Below are positions 54,436-63,880 of a DNA stretch of 64,000 nt, piece by piece. Position 1 is the stretch's first letter; each line of letters opens with the position of its first letter. A model generated the notes under the pieces. That model was not told where the DNA came from. It saw only the letters and a program-made list of their open reading frames with translations, and searched no databases. The DNA is from an uncultured Acidobacteriota bacterium (GTDB lineage: Bacteria > Acidobacteriota > Thermoanaerobaculia > UBA5066 > Gp7-AA6). The stretch is from the NCBI GenBank assembly GCA_963784935.1, contig CAWATD010000001.1, positions 189,411 through 253,410 of the forward strand. The letters are read 5' to 3'. The position numbers were made by a program, and so were the translations under genes.

Positions 54436-57114
54436 CTACCTCTCGGACGACTGGGAGTCCTGGGCCCTGTGAAGGCACGCCGCGAGTCTTTCGCCGAGCG
54501 CCTTGACGTTCGCCTCTTCGTCCATGACCGAGGAGTGGTCGCCCGCAACCTCGTAAACCTCGACGTCTTCGCCGCAGAGCTCGACCCATCCCAGGTGCGG
54601 GGTAGCGACCGTTGCTGGGTAGGGGCCCTTCCAGCGATCCTTCGCTCGGAAAAGCGTCACTCGGCCTTCATAGAACTTCGGGAACATACCGATCGGCTGC
54701 CCGATGATTCGCCTCGAGGACCTCACGCTCTGCCGTTCGCAAGGGGCGGAAAAACGCGTCGTAAACGCGCACGAGAGCACGGACCATGAGCAGTAGCAGG
54801 GTTCGCGCTCGCCGAAGCAGATACGAGGGCTTCTCCCTCGCACCGAGTCTTCTTCAAGGCTTCGAGGTGGATCCGCGTCCTCGACGTGCAAACTCGAGAC
54901 GCGTCGGTCGAGCGGTCCTGGGAAGGAAAATTCGCCGCATCGAAGAAAGCGAGCAAGGCCGATCCTCTCGCCCTCCGCCCGCAGCCGCCGGGCCATCTCG
55001 AAGGCGACTTTTCCGCCGAAGGAATGGCCGCCCAGGTAATACGGCCCTTTCGGCTGAAATTCGCGGACTTCACGAAGGTAGTGCGCCGCCATCTCTTCGA
55101 CGGTCTCGTAGGGCCGTCGTTTTCCATCCAGACCCTGGGCCTGGAGCCCGTAGAAGGGCTGATCCAGACCAAGGACCAGGGCGAGCTGCCGGAAGTAGAC
55201 GATTCCGCCGATTGCGTGGACGCAGAAGAACGGGGGTCTCGTCCCTTTCGGCTGGATCGCGACGAGTGAAGGGAGCGGGCGCCTTGAGTCCCTCCTCTCC
55301 CGGAGCATCTCAGCCAGCTCCGCGACCGTGGGAGCCCGAAAAATCGTCGCCAACGCCACTTGCCGGCCGAGCTGCTTCTCGACTTGCGCCGCAAGCTGAG
55401 CGGCCAGCAGCGAGTGTCCGCCGAGATCGAAGAAGTTGTCGTGAATTCCGACCCTCTCGAGGCCCAGGATCTCGCGCCAGATTCGGGCGATCTTCGCCTC
55501 GACCGAGTTTCGAGGCGGGACGAAGGTGCCCTGGAGCTCCGGCCGAGACGTGTCCGGTACGGGAAGCGCGTTGCGGTCCATCTTGCCGGTCGCGGTCCTT
55601 GGAAGCGCGTCCACGAAGAGGAACAGAGCGGGGACCATCCACTCCGAGAGCTGCTCTGAAAGGGCCTGGCGCATTGCAGCCCCTTCGGGACGGTCCGGGC
55701 CCGACGCGACCACGTACGCGATCAGCCGAACCCCGCCCGGGCCTTCGCGGGCCGCGACGGCGGCCTCGCGGACTCCCGGGAGCGCGTTGACGGCCGCTTC
55801 GATTTCCATGAGCTCGACCCAGTGACCGCGGATCTTCATTCGTGAGTCCGCGCGACCGACATACAGGAGGCAGCCGTCGGGCAGCAGCCGGCCGAGGTCT
55901 CCGCTCCGGAACATTCGCGTGCCCTCGCGGCCGGGGACCGGGACGAACGCCTCCGCTGTCAGATCGGGTCTTTTCCAGTACCCGAGCGCGAGCGTGCGTG
56001 AGACGATGGCGATCTCCCCCGTGTCCGCGGATGTCGGGACGCCCACCTCGTCGAGCAGCAGGACCTCGGTCCCGTCGACGGCGTACCCGAGCGGCGCGAT
56101 CGGCGTCGGACACACCGAATCGTGATCGGCGAACCACTGCCGAATCACGTTCATTTCGGTCGAGCCGAGGCCGACGTGAAAGAGGCAGGTTCTCGGGAAA
56201 CGCTCCCGATACAGGTCGAAGTCCGAGGAGAGCACCGGCTCGCCGCCGAGCTTGATCAGGCGCAGGCGGGAGAGATCCTCGCTGCCATCGAGCGAAGCGG
56301 CGAGCTGTCGGAAGAGGCTCGGGACGCAATGGAGGATCGTGATTCCTTCCTCCACGAGAAAAAGCCGGAGACGCAGCAGCCCGCCTTCCGGCAGTGAAAA
56401 GGGGCAAACGGCCGCGCCGTTGAGGAGCGCGCCGTAGACGTCCGAGACGGAGGCGCCGAAGCTGCAGGAGGACAGCAGGGTCAGCCGGTCGTCCGGCACG
56501 ATTCCGAGGCCGTCCGACAGCTTCAGGACGTTGTGCAGAAGGTTGCGATGGCTCTGCATGACTCCCTTTGGCCTGCCCGTCGAGCCGGAAGTGAACAGGA
56601 CGTACGCGAGGTCGTCCGGCGAGACGGCCATGCCGAGATCGTCGAACGGGCCGTGGGTGGCGATCTCTTCGACTCGCACGATCCGCGCCGCCTCAGCTCC
56701 CATTCGTGCGGCGTCGGCGGCGCCGCCTCGGTCCGTCAGGATCACGGCCGCGTCCGCCTCGCCGAGGATGGCGTGCAGCCGTCCAGGCCCGAGAGCAGGG
56801 TCGAGCGGCACATAGAAACGGCCCGCCTTGAGCGTGGCGAGCATCGCCGCAAAGAGGGTCGCTCCGGCAGGGAGCCACAGCGCGACCGGACGACCCGAGT
56901 CGGAGAAGGCCTGCAGGCCCCTGGCAATTCGATTGGCGGTCGCGTTGAGCTCTGCGTACGTCCAGTGCTGACCTGACGCACGCACCGCAACCCGATCCGG
57001 GTGGGCGCGGACGACGCCCTCGAATCGGCGCGCCACCGATTGCTCGATCCCGCCTGTGGCAGGGGCCGGTAGCCGGCGCGCGGGAGAAATGCGCCGAGAC
57101 TCGGCGCCGGACAT
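54436..57114 (-). CDS. NRPS-like tridomain enzyme: adenylation - thiolation - thioesterase (no condensation domain); three frame slips in the TE domain
   Basis: Start at MSGAESRR in frame in track ORF 54436..57723. A-domain cores are LAYVLFTSGSTGRPKGV, SFGASVSDVYGALLNGA (A4 with Gly instead of Asp), FRSGDLGR, GRADSRMKIRG and LPRTATGKMDR. The T domain has FFDLGGHSLLA. The TE domain has GHSFGG and GDHSSVM. Confidence 0.85.
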   Translation of the reverse strand: MSGAESRRISPARRLPAPATGGIEQSVARRFEGVVRAHPDRVAVRASGQHWTYAELNATANRIARGLQAFSDSGRPVALWLPAGATLFAAMLATLKAGRFYVPLDPALGPGRLHAILGEADAAVILTDRGGAADAARMGAEAARIVRVEEIATHGPFDDLGMAVSPDDLAYVLFTSGSTGRPKGVMQSHRNLLHNVLKLSDGLGIVPDDRLTLLSSCSFGASVSDVYGALLNGAAVCPFSLPEGGLLRLRLFLVEEGITILHCVPSLFRQLAASLDGSEDLSRLRLIKLGGEPVLSSDFDLYRERFPRTCLFHVGLGSTEMNVIRQWFADHDSVCPTPIAPLGYAVDGTEVLLLDEVGVPTSADTGEIAIVSRTLALGYWKRPDLTAEAFVPVPGREGTRMFRSGDLGRLLPDGCLLYVGRADSRMKIRGHWVELMEIEAAVNALPGVREAAVAAREGPGGVRLIAYVVASGPDRPEGAAMRQALSEQLSEWMVPALFLFVDALPRTATGKMDRNALPVPDTSRPELQGTFVPPRNSVEAKIARIWREILGLERVGIHDNFFDLGGHSLLAAQLAAQVEKQLGRQVALATIFRAPTVAELAEMLRERRDSRRPLPSLVAIQPKGTRPPFFCVHAIGGIVYFRQLALVLGLDQPFYGLQAQGLDGKRRPYETVEEMAAHYLREVREFQPKGPYYLGGHSFGGKVAFEMARRLRAEGERIGLARFLRCGEFSFPGPLDRRVSSLHVEDADPPRSLEEDSVRGRSPRICFGEREPCYCSWSVLSCAFTTRFSAPCERQSVRSSRRIIGQPIGMFPKFYEGRVTLFRAKDRWKGPYPATVATPHLGWVELCGEDVEVYEVAGDHSSVMDEEANVKALGERLAACLHRAQDSQSSER

Positions 57115-59126
57115 CACGTCGCCCCGTACACGGCCTGCGAGCGCGTGAAGAACTCCCGCGCCCCCGGCCCGTGCTCCGGCGGACCGATGCCGGACGCTTT
57201 CCAGCCGCCGAACGGAGCGAAGGCGTCGGCGTCGGCGGTGGCCTCGTCGAGCTTGAGGATTCCGGCGCGGGCCTGCTCCAGAAACGAGCTGCGTTGCTCC
57301 GCCGATCCGCCGAAGAGGGCCGCCACGAGGCCCTGCCGAACGCCGTTGCAGAGCGCGAGCGCCTCGGAAAAGTCGGCCGCCCGCTGGACCACGAGAACCG
57401 GCCCGAACGTCTCCTCGCCGACGATTTCGCTGCCCGGCGCGGCGCCGAGGACGAGCGTCGGCGGATGGTAAGCCCCGATCTCCCGCAGCGCGCCGAACGC
57501 CGGAGCCCCGGAGTGCGGCGCAAGAATCGAGACCGCGCTCTCCCGCGCGCGCTCCAGGACCGCGGCAACACGCCGGCACGCCGCATCGGAGAGAAGCGGC
57601 CCCGCTTCGGTCTCCGGCTCCAGCGGATCGCCGCACCGCGTGCGCTCGGTCGCGGCGACGAGCTCGCCGCAAAATTCGTCGTACACGCGCGCATCGACGA
57701 TCGCCCGCCGGTTGGCGGTGCATCGCTGCCCGGCGAAGGAGAACGCGCCCCTCGCGATGAGCGAGGCTGCGCGCGGCAAATCGGCGCCCTGCCAGACGAT
57801 CGCCGCGTTATTGCCGCCCAGCTCCGCCTGGAGCGGGATGCGGCGGGCGGCGCAGATCTCCTGGGCGGCCCAGCCGGCCCGTGACGAGCCCGAGATCGAA
57901 ACGCCTTCGACCCCGGAAGTGCGCATCAGAGCGCCGGCCGTCGCACGGTCGCCCGCAAGAAGGCCGACCACGCCACTCGGCACATCGGCCTGCCGCAGAA
58001 GCGCCAGCAGATGCAGGGCGATTCGCGTAGCCGCCGGCGCGGGCTTCCACACGACGGCGTTCGAGAAGGCGAGGGCCGGCGCGATCTTGCCGATCGGAAT
58101 GGCGATCGGATTGTTCCAGGGTGTCACGACCGCGACGACTCCGAGCGGGCGCCGTCGTGCGAAGGAGCCCGGTCCACAGCGCAGGGACACGGTCTCTTCC
58201 GCGGCCGCGATGGAGCGCAGAAGCCCGGCCGAGCGCCGGACCTCGGCCCGCCCCAGCTGCAGGGGCTTGCCGACGTCCTCCGCCATCTCCCGCGCCAGCG
58301 GCTCCGCTTCCGACTCGAGCTTCTCCGCCAGCCGCTTCAGACACGCCACGCGCGCGGCGTAGCCCGCGGAGGCCCAGCCGTGCAGAGCCTCGCCGGCGGC
58401 GCTCACCGCCGCGGAAGCCTCTGCCTGGCCGGCAGCGGGAACGCGGAAGAGTTGACGGTCGCGCCGGCGCGGCGCGAAGTGAACGATCTCGGGAACCGCG
58501 GAGGGCCGGAGCGCACGTCCCCCGATCACCGCGGCCGGCAGCCGTTCCCCCTGTACGGCCAGGACCGCCGCACCGCTCCCGCACCGGCGAAGAATTGCCT
58601 CGACCGGCACGAAGCGCACGGCGCGGCCCTCGAGGTATCGCTCGGTGATTGCGGCGTGGATCGGATCGTCGCTCCCGACCGCGTCCTCCGCCACCAGGAC
58701 CTCGAGGCGGCGCGCGTATGCGTCGAGCACCGTGGCGCGCACACAGCCGTGGAGATGGACACCGGCCACGATGAGCGTGTCGGGCTGGATGGCGGACAGG
58801 ATCCTGTCGAGCTCGCCGGTGGAGAAGGCGGAAAAGTCGGTCTTGTCAACGACTCTCTCGGCCTCTCCCGGCTGCAGGGATGCGGGCGGATCATGCCCGA
58901 CCGTGCCGCGGACGCACGTCCACCGCTCGAGTGCCTTCCAGTGGGGCATCCGATCGTCGCGCGCCCGGTCGACCGTCGTCATCGCGTGGACGACCGCGAT
59001 GCCGAGAGCGCGGGCCCCGGAGAGCAGACGCGTCGCCTGCTCGATGACTTCGCCGGCGGCGGGCTCGAGGCCAGGCGCGCCGAGAAAATCGTTCTGCAGG
59101 TCAACCAGGAGAAGGAGCGGCCTCAT
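57114..59126 (-). CDS. fusion protein: isochorismatase-family cysteine hydrolase (N) + aldehyde dehydrogenase (C)
   Basis: Start at MRPLLLLVDLQNDF inside track ORF 57114..59273, with an ATGA overlap with the upstream gene. Has IVAGVHLHGCVRATVLDA (cysteine hydrolase). Has VTPWNNP, ELGGNNA and FAGQRCTA (ALDH catalytic Cys). The stop overlaps the NRPS-like start by 1 nt. Confidence 0.8.
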   Translation of the reverse strand: MRPLLLLVDLQNDFLGAPGLEPAAGEVIEQATRLLSGARALGIAVVHAMTTVDRARDDRMPHWKALERWTCVRGTVGHDPPASLQPGEAERVVDKTDFSAFSTGELDRILSAIQPDTLIVAGVHLHGCVRATVLDAYARRLEVLVAEDAVGSDDPIHAAITERYLEGRAVRFVPVEAILRRCGSGAAVLAVQGERLPAAVIGGRALRPSAVPEIVHFAPRRRDRQLFRVPAAGQAEASAAVSAAGEALHGWASAGYAARVACLKRLAEKLESEAEPLAREMAEDVGKPLQLGRAEVRRSAGLLRSIAAAEETVSLRCGPGSFARRRPLGVVAVVTPWNNPIAIPIGKIAPALAFSNAVVWKPAPAATRIALHLLALLRQADVPSGVVGLLAGDRATAGALMRTSGVEGVSISGSSRAGWAAQEICAARRIPLQAELGGNNAAIVWQGADLPRAASLIARGAFSFAGQRCTANRRAIVDARVYDEFCGELVAATERTRCGDPLEPETEAGPLLSDAACRRVAAVLERARESAVSILAPHSGAPAFGALREIGAYHPPTLVLGAAPGSEIVGEETFGPVLVVQRAADFSEALALCNGVRQGLVAALFGGSAEQRSSFLEQARAGILKLDEATADADAFAPFGGWKASGIGPPEHGPGAREFFTRSQAVYGAT

Positions 59127-60283
59127 CGCCGCGAGGGGTGCGCAATCTGTTCCACTGCCGACGCAATGCGTTCGCCCACCTCCCTCGTCCCGACGAGGGA
59201 GGTGCCTTCCTCGGCCATGTCGAACGTGCGAAAGCCCAGACGGAGGACCTCCTCGACACCCTGCTCGATCCACGCGGCCTCCCGCCAGAGGCCGAAACTT
59301 TCGCGCAGCATCATCGCCAGCGACTGGATCTGGCCGATCGGGTTCGCGCGGTCTTCACCGGCGATGTCCGCTGCCCCACCGTGGTTGGTCTGGTAGACAG
59401 CGGCCCCCTGCGCCGAGAAGTTGCCCGAGTAAGAAAGGCCGCGCGAGCCGAGGAGCACCGCCGCGACGTCCGCCAGCACGTCGCCGAAGAGGTTGTCCGC
59501 AACGACGACGTCAAACATCGACGGGCACTGGACCAGCTGGTAGGCCACGAGATCGATGTTCACGAATGCGACACGCAATCCGGCACGGGCGGCCACGTCT
59601 TCCGCGGTCTCCCGCCACAGGGCGGTCAGTGCGGGGAGCCCGCCATCTTTGACGACGACCGTCAACATTTTTCGTCGACGTGTCGCAAGGACCGCGCCAA
59701 CCTCCACGATCCGCCGGACCTCGCGCTCGCTGTAGCGAAAGGTGTGCTCACACACTCGCCCCTCGCCCGACCGTGTACTCTGACGGGCTTCACCGAAGTA
59801 CATGCCGCCGGCGTTCTCGCGGACGATGAGGATATCCGTGCCGCGGACGGCGGCGGCCTTGAGCCGGCCGAGGTGGGCGAAGGCTTCCGAGACGAAAACA
59901 GGGCTGATCTTGCAGAAGAGGTCGAAGCGACGCCGCAGCTCGTAAACGAACCGCCCGCCACCAGGACCCGCCAGGATCGCGCCGTCGTCTGCGAAGACCG
60001 ATTCGCAGAACTTCACGACTCCGTCGGGCATTGGCTGGCCCGTGAGACGCTCGGCATCCCGTCCGATCTCGCCGCCAAACCGAAGCTCGAAGCGAACGCC
60101 GCCGGCCCGTTCAATGACCGGCAGCAGGCCCAGCGCCGCGCCGATGACCTCCGGACCGATGCCCTCTCCGGGCAGGATTCCGATCGTGCAGACGCCATTC
60201 TTTGCACTCGCTTCGCGCCCTTGCGCAAAGACTGCGCTCGTCCACCGGGCCCGCTCCCGAAGCACGCCGCCGCTCGGCTCCAC
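59123..60283 (-). CDS. isocitrate/isopropylmalate dehydrogenase-family beta-decarboxylating dehydrogenase
   Basis: GTG start 7 nt behind AAGGAG. Has ILPGEGIGPEV, IVRENAGGMYFG and DNLFGDVLADVAA motifs. 386 aa. Confidence 0.8.
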   Translation of the reverse strand: MEPSGGVLRERARWTSAVFAQGREASAKNGVCTIGILPGEGIGPEVIGAALGLLPVIERAGGVRFELRFGGEIGRDAERLTGQPMPDGVVKFCESVFADDGAILAGPGGGRFVYELRRRFDLFCKISPVFVSEAFAHLGRLKAAAVRGTDILIVRENAGGMYFGEARQSTRSGEGRVCEHTFRYSEREVRRIVEVGAVLATRRRKMLTVVVKDGGLPALTALWRETAEDVAARAGLRVAFVNIDLVAYQLVQCPSMFDVVVADNLFGDVLADVAAVLLGSRGLSYSGNFSAQGAAVYQTNHGGAADIAGEDRANPIGQIQSLAMMLRESFGLWREAAWIEQGVEEVLRLGFRTFDMAEEGTSLVGTREVGERIASAVEQIAHPSRR

Positions 60284-60497
60284 GCCTTACTCCTTGTTGA
60301 GGTGCCATAGTCTAGCCTGCCCGATGGGACAGGGGTGTTCGCGGAATCGTCGAATCCCGACCCCCGGCGATCAAGAAACTCGGCCCGGTAATCTCGTAAG
60401 TGGTTCTTTACAAATGATTTCTGGTGGTAGAGCCCGGGCCCGGCTGAGCCTGTTTGGGCATCAGCCAGACAGAATCCAGACCCTGGCTCCGCGCTCG

Positions 60498-61242
60498 CTA
60501 CTCGACCTCGATCGCTCCGAACATTCCGCCGTGGCCCACGCCGCAGACCCGCGTGCAGGCGAAGTTGTAGCGGCCGCGCTGGGCCGGCGTCGGAGTGACC
60601 CGGACGACGTAGTCGGCCCCGGGGGCGACGTCCTGGCCGAGAGATTCCGAGCACGGGAATCGCCGAGACTCCGTGCACGACGTCGGCCGAGCGGAAGGTA
60701 ATCTCGTAGGTCACGCCCGCCGTGAGCCGGATGGGCGGGCCGTCGGGGCCTCCCGGCGAGAACTGATACCGCGAGAGCATGACGAGCAGCGGGACCGTCG
60801 TGCAGCTCGAGAACGCGGACGTGTCGAGGATGGGCGCAAAGGCGGCCCCCTGGGGATTCGAGTAGGTCCGGACGTCGCGGGTCGTCCTATCCGTGACGGT
60901 GATCGTGACGTCGAGGTTCGTCAGGCCGGCGGCGAAGAACCAGTAGTGGCCGTCGCTGCCGCAGCCGTTCAGCGTCTTGACGACGAGCTCGATATTGCTC
61001 GGCTCGAAGAACCAGAAGTAGCCGGACTCCTCGGTCAGGCCGACGGCGTGCCCGCTGCCGGAGGCGCCATCGGGCGTCTCTCCACGTCGCCTCGACCTGA
61101 AAGCGCTCATCGTTCAGACAGAGCACCGACTCGGAAGTGCAGTCGGCGAGGCCGTCCGCCTGCTGGGCGGCGCCTTGCCTCGCCGGCAAGAGCACGGCAA
61201 GGCCGAGCAGGCAAAGGGCGCCGAGGCGGCCTATCGTGGCAT
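60498..61242 (-). CDS. secreted two-domain protein: '...TITVTD...DTSAF' domain + CuA-type cupredoxin domain; about three frame breaks
   Basis: Part 1 is MPR/IGRLGALCLLGLAVLLPA (signal, break near 61233). Part 2 is CTSESVLCLNDERFQVEATWRD (break near 61075). Part 3 is PDGASGSGHAVGLTEESGYFWFFEPSNIELVVKTLNG...LDVTITVTDRTTRDVRTYSNPQGAAFAPILDTSAF...ADVVHGVSAIPVLG (break near 60645). Part 4 is SLGQDVAPG...YNFACTRVCGVGHGGMFGAIEVE, with the stop at 60498. Confidence 0.6.
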
Positions 61243-61246
61243 CACT

Positions 61247-62462
61247 TCAAAGAAAAGCGATGGTCGGGTAGTTGCCGAACAGCACCTCGGCGGGATCCGC
61301 GCCGATCCAATTGGCGAGGACCGATGCGTAGACCTGCCGGAAGTCGGTCGAGAACTTCAGGTTTCCGTCGGGATCGAGGTCCGTCAGCGAGGGAGGCGCG
61401 CCGTAGAGACCGCCCTTGACGCGCGAGCCGAGCACGAAGAGGGGCGCCGCGGTGCCGTGGTCCGTGCCGCCGCTGCCGTTGTCCTCGACGCGCCGGCCGA
61501 ACTCGGAGTAGGTCATCACGACGACCCTCTGGTCCTGGCCGTGCTCGACGAGGTCGCGGTAGAAGGCGTCGAGCGACAGATCCAGATCGAGGAGCAGCTT
61601 CTCGTGATCGCCGAGCTGGTTCGTGTGCGTGTCGTAGCCCCCCTGCTGCACGAAGAAGACTCGCGGGCCGATGTCGGCGAGGAGCACGGCCGCCATCAAC
61701 CTCAGACCGTAGAGACCGGTTTCCTCCGGATAGGTGACGGTCGAGGTGTAGCTGGCGAAGGCCGCCTGCACGGCTTCGGTGTCCGCGAGCGTGACCTCGC
61801 CGATGTGGCTGACGTATTCGCGGTTGGCCGCACCGCCGGGCTTGAACAGAGCCTTGGTCGCCGCCGTCAGGTTGGGATCATCCTGCAGGATAGTTGAACG
61901 AGCCCGCGTCGCCGACGACGGGAGTCGTGACGAAATCGCCGTGGAAGGCCGCGACGTCGCCGCTCACGCAGACCGCATGGAGGGCGTCGGCGTCCTGCCG
62001 GTAGAGTTGATCGAGGGCGCGGCCGAGCCATCCCGTCGACTCCGCCTCGACATTCATCACGGCCTTCTCCCAGATGTCGTCCCCGCGGAAGTGCGACATG
62101 TCTTGACCGGGGTATCCGACGCCCTGAACGATCGCGAGCTTCCCGGAATCGAGATAGCCGTGGAGATGGGAGAGGCTCGGGTGGAGGCCGGTCTTCGAAT
62201 CGATCGGAAGCAGCTGCGAGCCGGTCAGGCCGACTCGGCGCCGGGCCGCCTGGTAGGCCGGATCGGCAAACGGAACGACCGTGTTCAGGCCGTCGTTGCC
62301 GCCCGCCATGTCCACGACGACGAGGACCGTGTCCGAGGCGGCGGCCGTTCGGGCCGCGCGGCGTCCCGGAAAATTCCCGCCGCCGCCCAGCTGCGGCCGC
62401 GCTGCGAGCGCCGCCGCCGTCATGCAGGAGCGCGTGATCAAGGTTCGCCGGTCGATGGCCAT
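61247..62462 (-). CDS. DUF1501-domain protein (Tat signal); frame broken near 61885
   Basis: MAIDRRTLITRSCMTAAALAA ... MAGGNDGLNTVVP ... SFNYP is in ORF 61878..63866. QDDPNLTAATKALF...QQGGYDTHTNQ...GTDHGTAAP is in the frame of ORF 61247..61771. Confidence 0.8.
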
Positions 62463-62470
62463 GGCTTCTC

Positions 62471-63866
62471 CTACTGGAGCTGATACTCCGGGCTCGACAT
62501 CAAGAGATAGAGGGCGCCGCGCCCGAGATAGTCGTAGTCGAAGAGAATCGGGCGTCCAGACGAAGGGATCGCCGTCGGCGGCGAGGATAGCCGCGCAGCG
62601 CCTGCCGCAGCGTATCCGACGGCGGACACCATGCCGAGCCGGTCGACGAGATAGTCGATGAGCTCGTCGGCGCTCGCAAAGCTCCTTCCGTCGAAGAACC
62701 GACCGATGTCCCAGCGGAAGTTCTCGAAGGCTGCGACGTCGCCCAGTCGGTCGGACTGATGGAGCAGCGAGTAGGCGAAGCTGATCCGATTGATGTAGGC
62801 CTGTGTCTGGATCCAGGTTCGTCCCCCCTTCCAGCCCGCGACGTTCGGCGGGAAGAAGGGCATCTGGCCCATCGCGTTCGAGTAGAACTGGTAGTCGGCC
62901 GCATCCGATTCGGCTCCCAGCGATCGGTACGCGCCCACGACGAGCTCGATGGGCGACTTGATCATGTCGGGCGCGTCCGCGGTCTGGTCGAAGTCGTCGG
63001 AGAGGAGGATCTCCCGGACCACCTCGCGGATGTTGCCCGTGGTGGAGACAAACAGGTCCTGGAGACGCTGCGCGAGGTCGGGGAAGGGATCGCCGCCGAG
63101 AAAGAGGCGGGCCAGCTTGAGGCTGATGAAGACGGACGTCTCGGGGCGCTGGCCGAGGATCGCGATGATGTCCTCGGGCCGGAAGGTGCCGTAGTGTCCG
63201 AGAAAGACCTTGCCGCCGTCGTCGTGATTGTACGGGTCGTAGTAGAAGCGGAACTGCTGTTGGCGGTTGACCGTCCATCCGGTGAGGGCCCGCGCGGACT
63301 CCGTGACGTCCTGCTGCGTATAGTTGCCGTGGCCCATCGTGAAGAGCTCCATGACCTCGCGGGCGAAGTTCTCGTTGGGGGAGCCCTTGACGTTGACCTC
63401 GTTGTCGAGCCAGACGAGCATCGCCGGGTCGCGCGACACTTCGAGCAGGAGATCTCCGAAGCGCCCCATCCCCAGATTCCGGAAGATCTGGTTCTGCGCG
63501 TACATCAGCTCCGGAAAGAACACCTTGTTCATGGACGTCGCGAAGTGGTTGTGCCAGAAGAGCGTCATCTTTTCCTGGAGAGGGCGGGGCCCGTGCTGCA
63601 TGCGCAGGAACCACCAGCGGGGCAGGCCGGCCCTTCTGGTTCCGGAGCAGCTGGTCGTCCGCCCAATTGGCGAGGTCGAAGCCGAAGAGATCGAGATAGG
63701 CGTCGAGTTCGGCGGTGGAAATGCGGTCGTAGTCGACGAGATACGAGACGGCCCCTTCGCGCCCCAGAGAGACGGCGCGATCGAGCTCCTCCGGCTTGCC
63801 TCCGAACCCGGCCCGCCGGTACAGGTGCGCCGCGCGTTTTCGGTCCCACGAAGCTGTGGCCATCAT
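62471..63866 (-). CDS. DUF1800-domain protein; frame broken near 63630
   Basis: The N-terminus MMATASWDRKRAAHLYRRAGFGGKPEEL... is in ORF 61878..63866. LPRWWFLRMQHGPRPLQEKMTLFWHNHFAT... is in ORF 62471..63601. Confidence 0.8.
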
Positions 63867-63880
63867 CGTCTCCTTGCGCG

